A stretch of DNA of 64,000 bases from Felis catus (lineage: Eukaryota), in NCBI RefSeq assembly GCF_018350175.1, contig NC_058368.1, forward strand, positions 174,656,001-174,720,000, read 5' to 3'. Every line of letters starts with the position of its first letter. Position 1 is the stretch's first letter. Positions 60,511 through 64,000 of the stretch are shown one piece after another. The notes beneath the pieces are model-generated. The model saw only the letters and a program-made list of their open reading frames with translations. It was not told where the DNA came from and searched no databases. A program made the position numbers and the translations under genes.

Positions 60511-61282
60511 TTTAATAACAAAAGACCATAATTTATAAATGATAATTAGATACAATTATTCAAGATATATGCTTAAAATGTTTTTACAGACTGGTGTGCT
60601 CAAAAGAAAGATTGGAGAGCGTATTCCAGACAACACACTCCCTAATAGGTAGGAGCTAAATTATCAAAACCAGACTTGAACTTATTTAGTTTTAAATGGC
60701 AGCCAAAAGGACACACTCGCCCAGAATATTTTCATTGCAATGTTGAGCAAAGCTGTCAGGTATAAAGTAGAAAGCCTCCCACCTCCCCTCAACCGTCAAC
60801 ACACACAAAAATAGCCATTGAGGAAGATTTTATGCCACACTGTAGTTTTCCTCGACTCCTGGAAATAAACAAAAAAATTGGCTCTGGATATGTAGGAAAC
60901 ATATCTCTGCTCACTGTGTGGGTGGGTCAAGGGTTTGTATTCCTTAGACTCAATCCCAGGGAAGGACGGAAGTAGGTTCTTTTTTACGATCTATTGTACA
61001 ATGTTTGTTTATATAGGGAAAGCCCAGAGTCTCTATATTTTTGGTATAAACTCAACATGATTGAGGGGAAGAGTCTGGCTGTAGACTGTTGACCCTGCAA
61101 ATCATCTTAATTCAAAAGACTCTCTCCAATTCTGGGCCATGGTTGCCAGAAAGGGAAGTGATTACTTAAATGTCCTTGTCCCTAGAGCAAGATGACTGCA
61201 TTTAATAGCGAGAGTTGTTAATGGCAAGAGTCCCCCCAGAAACATTGTTTGTTTCTAACAATAATAATAATAGCTTTTCCAT

Positions 61283-61512
61283 GGGGCACGCGGGTGGCTC
61301 AGTTGGTCAAGCATCTGATTCTTGATTGCAGCTCAGGTCACGATCTCATGGTTCGTGGGTTCGAGCCCCGCGGCAGGCTCCGTGCTGACCGCACAGAGCC
61401 TGGAGCTGCTTCGGATTCTGTGTCTCCCTCTCCCTCTGCTTCTCTCTGGCTCATGCTCTGTCTCTGTCTCTCTCGCTCTCAAAAATTAATAACCATTAAA
61501 ACATTAAAAACA
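61283..61512 (+). mobile_element. CanSINE (older type)
   Basis: TSD AATAATA(G/A)CTTTTCCA. Confidence 0.93.
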
Positions 61513-61599
61513 AATAATAACTTTTCCAAATACACATTGCGTCCTCGGCACTCTGCTTCGTGCATAATCCTCCCAATAACCTTAAGATAAATGTTCTTA

Positions 61600-61819
61600 G
61601 GGGCGCCTGGGTGGCGCAGTCGATTAAGCGTCCGACTTCAGCCAGGTCACGATCTCGAAGTCCGTGAGTTCGAGCCCCGCGTCAGGCTCTGGGCTGATGG
61701 CTCAGAGCCTGGAGCCTGTTTCCGATTCTGTGTCTCCTTCTCTCTCTGCCCCTCCCCCGTTCATGCTCTGTCTCTCTCTGTTCCAAAAATAAATAAACGT
61801 TGAAAAAAAATTTTTTAAA
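61600..61819 (+). mobile_element. CanSINE, young, inserted in a MIR (~61515-61970, -)
   Basis: Perfect TSD AAGATAAATGTTCTTA at 61584-61599 and 61820-61835; MIR resumes CCCATTTAATAGATCAGAAAACTCAG. Confidence 0.97.
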
Positions 61820-63559
61820 AAGATAAATGTTCTTAGTATTCCCATTTAATAGATCAGAAAACTCAGAGCCTGAATGATGTGTCCAAGGCCACACGATTAA
61901 TTAGCGGTGGAGTGACGATTAGCTTCCAGGTCTACCTTAATCTACAGTGAGCGCTTTTAACTATTATGCTAACCTAGGTCTAAAAACAAATCAATCAATC
62001 CAAACGAAGAGGCTGGAGAACATTAAGAATTTTTCCCAGTTCTAAAGTTCTAAAGTTCCCTGAAAAAAAATATTCTGAAATATTACGTAATGTATTCTGA
62101 AGTCAAAGAACAAAAGTCTTTGTTTAGCAGCTACTGTTCTGGAAGCTCCATGCCTCGGTACCCTCTCTGGTCCCCCAACTACCTGAGGTTGCCCATACAG
62201 ATCACATGCCGTTGAGACAAAAACAAGATGCCCAGCTCTAGGGTGACAACAAAACACTGCAGTGTCCCCCCAACCCCCACCAGGGCACGTGTGACCCCGC
62301 TGTCTTCTCCTTGCCAGATGTGGAGACGAATGTCTTCATCTGGGGAAAATTTTATAATTGCCCAAGATGACTATTATACTTTTTTTTTTTTTCAGAAACA
62401 CGGGTTCATTTTTAGAAAAGGCAAAATAAAAAAAGATTGCGTAATGGTTAAGTGGAAATTCACAAGCAGGCGGGCAGGCAGCACAAGTGTCGGCTGCCCA
62501 TTTCTGCCACAGAAGAGAGGGATGAATTCCAGCTTAAATACTAGTCTGATTATGCTTCCAGATGGGAGATCACTTTTATGGAGTTTAATCTAATTTTTAA
62601 AACAAACTGTGTGTCAAATAAATATTTCCAGAGATGTCATTAAAAAGAGCAAAGCTAAAAGGCTGAGCCGAGGGAAACAAAGTTGACGGAGTATCGAACT
62701 TACAAGGAATGACGCGAGCCGAGGTTACTCAGTAGTCAGAGGGAAAGGAAAAAAACGAAGACCCGAGAAAGATCTCGAGCCCCTGGGGGTTTCTCCTTAA
62801 ATTGCACCTTCCTTGCCAGGATCTGGGCCTTCCTCTCCCCTCCAACCTTTTCCCGCTCTTGGCTCCTCCCCCTGCTCCTCTCCCCTCCCCCGCCTCCTCC
62901 CCCACCAAGGGGACTTCCTGACCTCCGTTTTCCCAACGCTGCTGTTTTTTCTCCACCACCCGCCCCCCTCCTTTGAAAGGGCCCCTATCACTGCCCTTGC
63001 TCCAGTTTTCATTCCCGAGTGTGTGAGTTACGATGGAGGAAGTGAGGGAGCCCGATTAAGAACTCAGGTCTGAGATCCTTGCAAGCAACGGGGGAGGGAG
63101 ACTTCCCCCCAAGGAGGGTGAAGGCCAGGTCTTAGCTTGGATTCCCCCTGATGCAGGCCCTGAGGGGAGGACGTGGGTGCAAGCTGTTAATTCGGGAGGT
63201 GAAGGGAAATGCTGGTTGGGGGTGAGGAGGGGAGACCAGAGGAAGACAGCCGATTAAAGAGTGCGTTGCTGAACAGGTTAATGCTGGAGGTGACTGGTGC
63301 CTTATAGTGCCAGAGAGCTTCCAGGGTGTCAGAAGGACACAGCTGCCCCAGGGTGGACCGGCTGAGGCACTACCCAACTCCCATCGGGCTTTGGCCGAGA
63401 GCTGATCCTAGAGGCCTAAGTTTCCTGAGCCGCAGCAGCCTTAGCCTCAGTGCCTACCACGTGACTCGGTTCAGCAAATGTATAAATGAACACTTGTTGG
63501 ATACATGTACAAAGTGTTACAGGAAATACAGAACAGAGAGCAACTATTTCTCCCAATAC

Positions 63560-63965
63560 TTTTGCCACAGAACCTGGCTCAGGTTTTGCCTATCCCTTTC
63601 CTTCCCAAGCGGACTGAATTCCCAGCCTCCTTCGCGGGTAGGAGGGGCCACGTGACTGGGTCGTGGCCAGTGGGATGGTCACAAGGACGTCACCACCTCC
63701 AGGCCCTGGTCCACTCGACTTCCCAAGCGCAGTCCTCCGGACCTTCTCACCTGTGTGTGGGAGAGAGCCCCACGGCCCTGGGGAAAAGGCTCGGCCAAAA
63801 GACGGAAATCCTGGGTCACTGAGACTGTTACTTGTGGGAGAACTGCCTTGGAGAACAACATCACCAGGAACATCATGTTAGACGTTTGTTGATAAAGAAA
63901 TAGACTTTCATTGGGACAGGCTCCGGGGCTTTTGGAACTGTTCGTTATGGTGGCTAGCCCGCCGG
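63560..63965 (+). mobile_element. MaLR/ERVL LTR (MLT1J-like)
   Basis: TTCCCAGCCTCCTTCGCGGGTAGGAGGGGCCACGTGACTGGGTCGTGGCCAGTGGGATG...CACCTCCAGGCC. Confidence 0.7.
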
Positions 63966-64000
63966 GATTCAGTGAGAGCTCAGCAAATATCTGTGAGTGA

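Noticed and set aside
1666..61894. Recurring ORFs such as GQRETEHERGRGRERGRHRIGNRLQA and MAQSVKRPTSAQV
   Set aside because: Conceptual translations of CanSINE copies, not a gene family
1..64000. CRISPR arrays, prokaryotic operons or defence systems, NUMTs, CpG-island promoter
   Set aside because: The sequence is mammalian repeat-rich nuclear DNA; I saw no repeat-spacer array, gene-dense region, mitochondrial-like segment or extended CpG island

Overview
Mammalian nuclear DNA from a cat-family (Felidae/feliform) genome. The evidence is about 35 tRNA-derived CanSINE (SINEC_Fc-type) copies, roughly 12% of the window, plus a felid L1 3' end. I can support no protein-coding exon, RNA gene, CpG-island promoter or CRISPR array, so the window reads as intergenic DNA or a large intron. 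It is dominated by young carnivore SINEs and L1 over ancient eutherian repeats: L2, MIR, a HAL1-like element, old L1M, MaLR/ERV LTRs, and hAT and Tc1/mariner-family DNA transposon fossils. Every long ORF comes from a simple repeat or a transposon remnant. The most unusual structures are: a 1.7-kb (CAY)n trinucleotide tract with a 264-bp higher-order duplication abutting a MIR tail; a 543-bp pure-purine GGAA/GGGA tract abutting an L2 tail; a 52-nt poly-G inside a MER20; a near-complete ancient L2; and several repeat-free segments that look like enhancers or non-coding exons. I found no convincing new biological system. Repeat family names are recalled from consensus sequences, not from a database search, and old-repeat boundaries are approximate.
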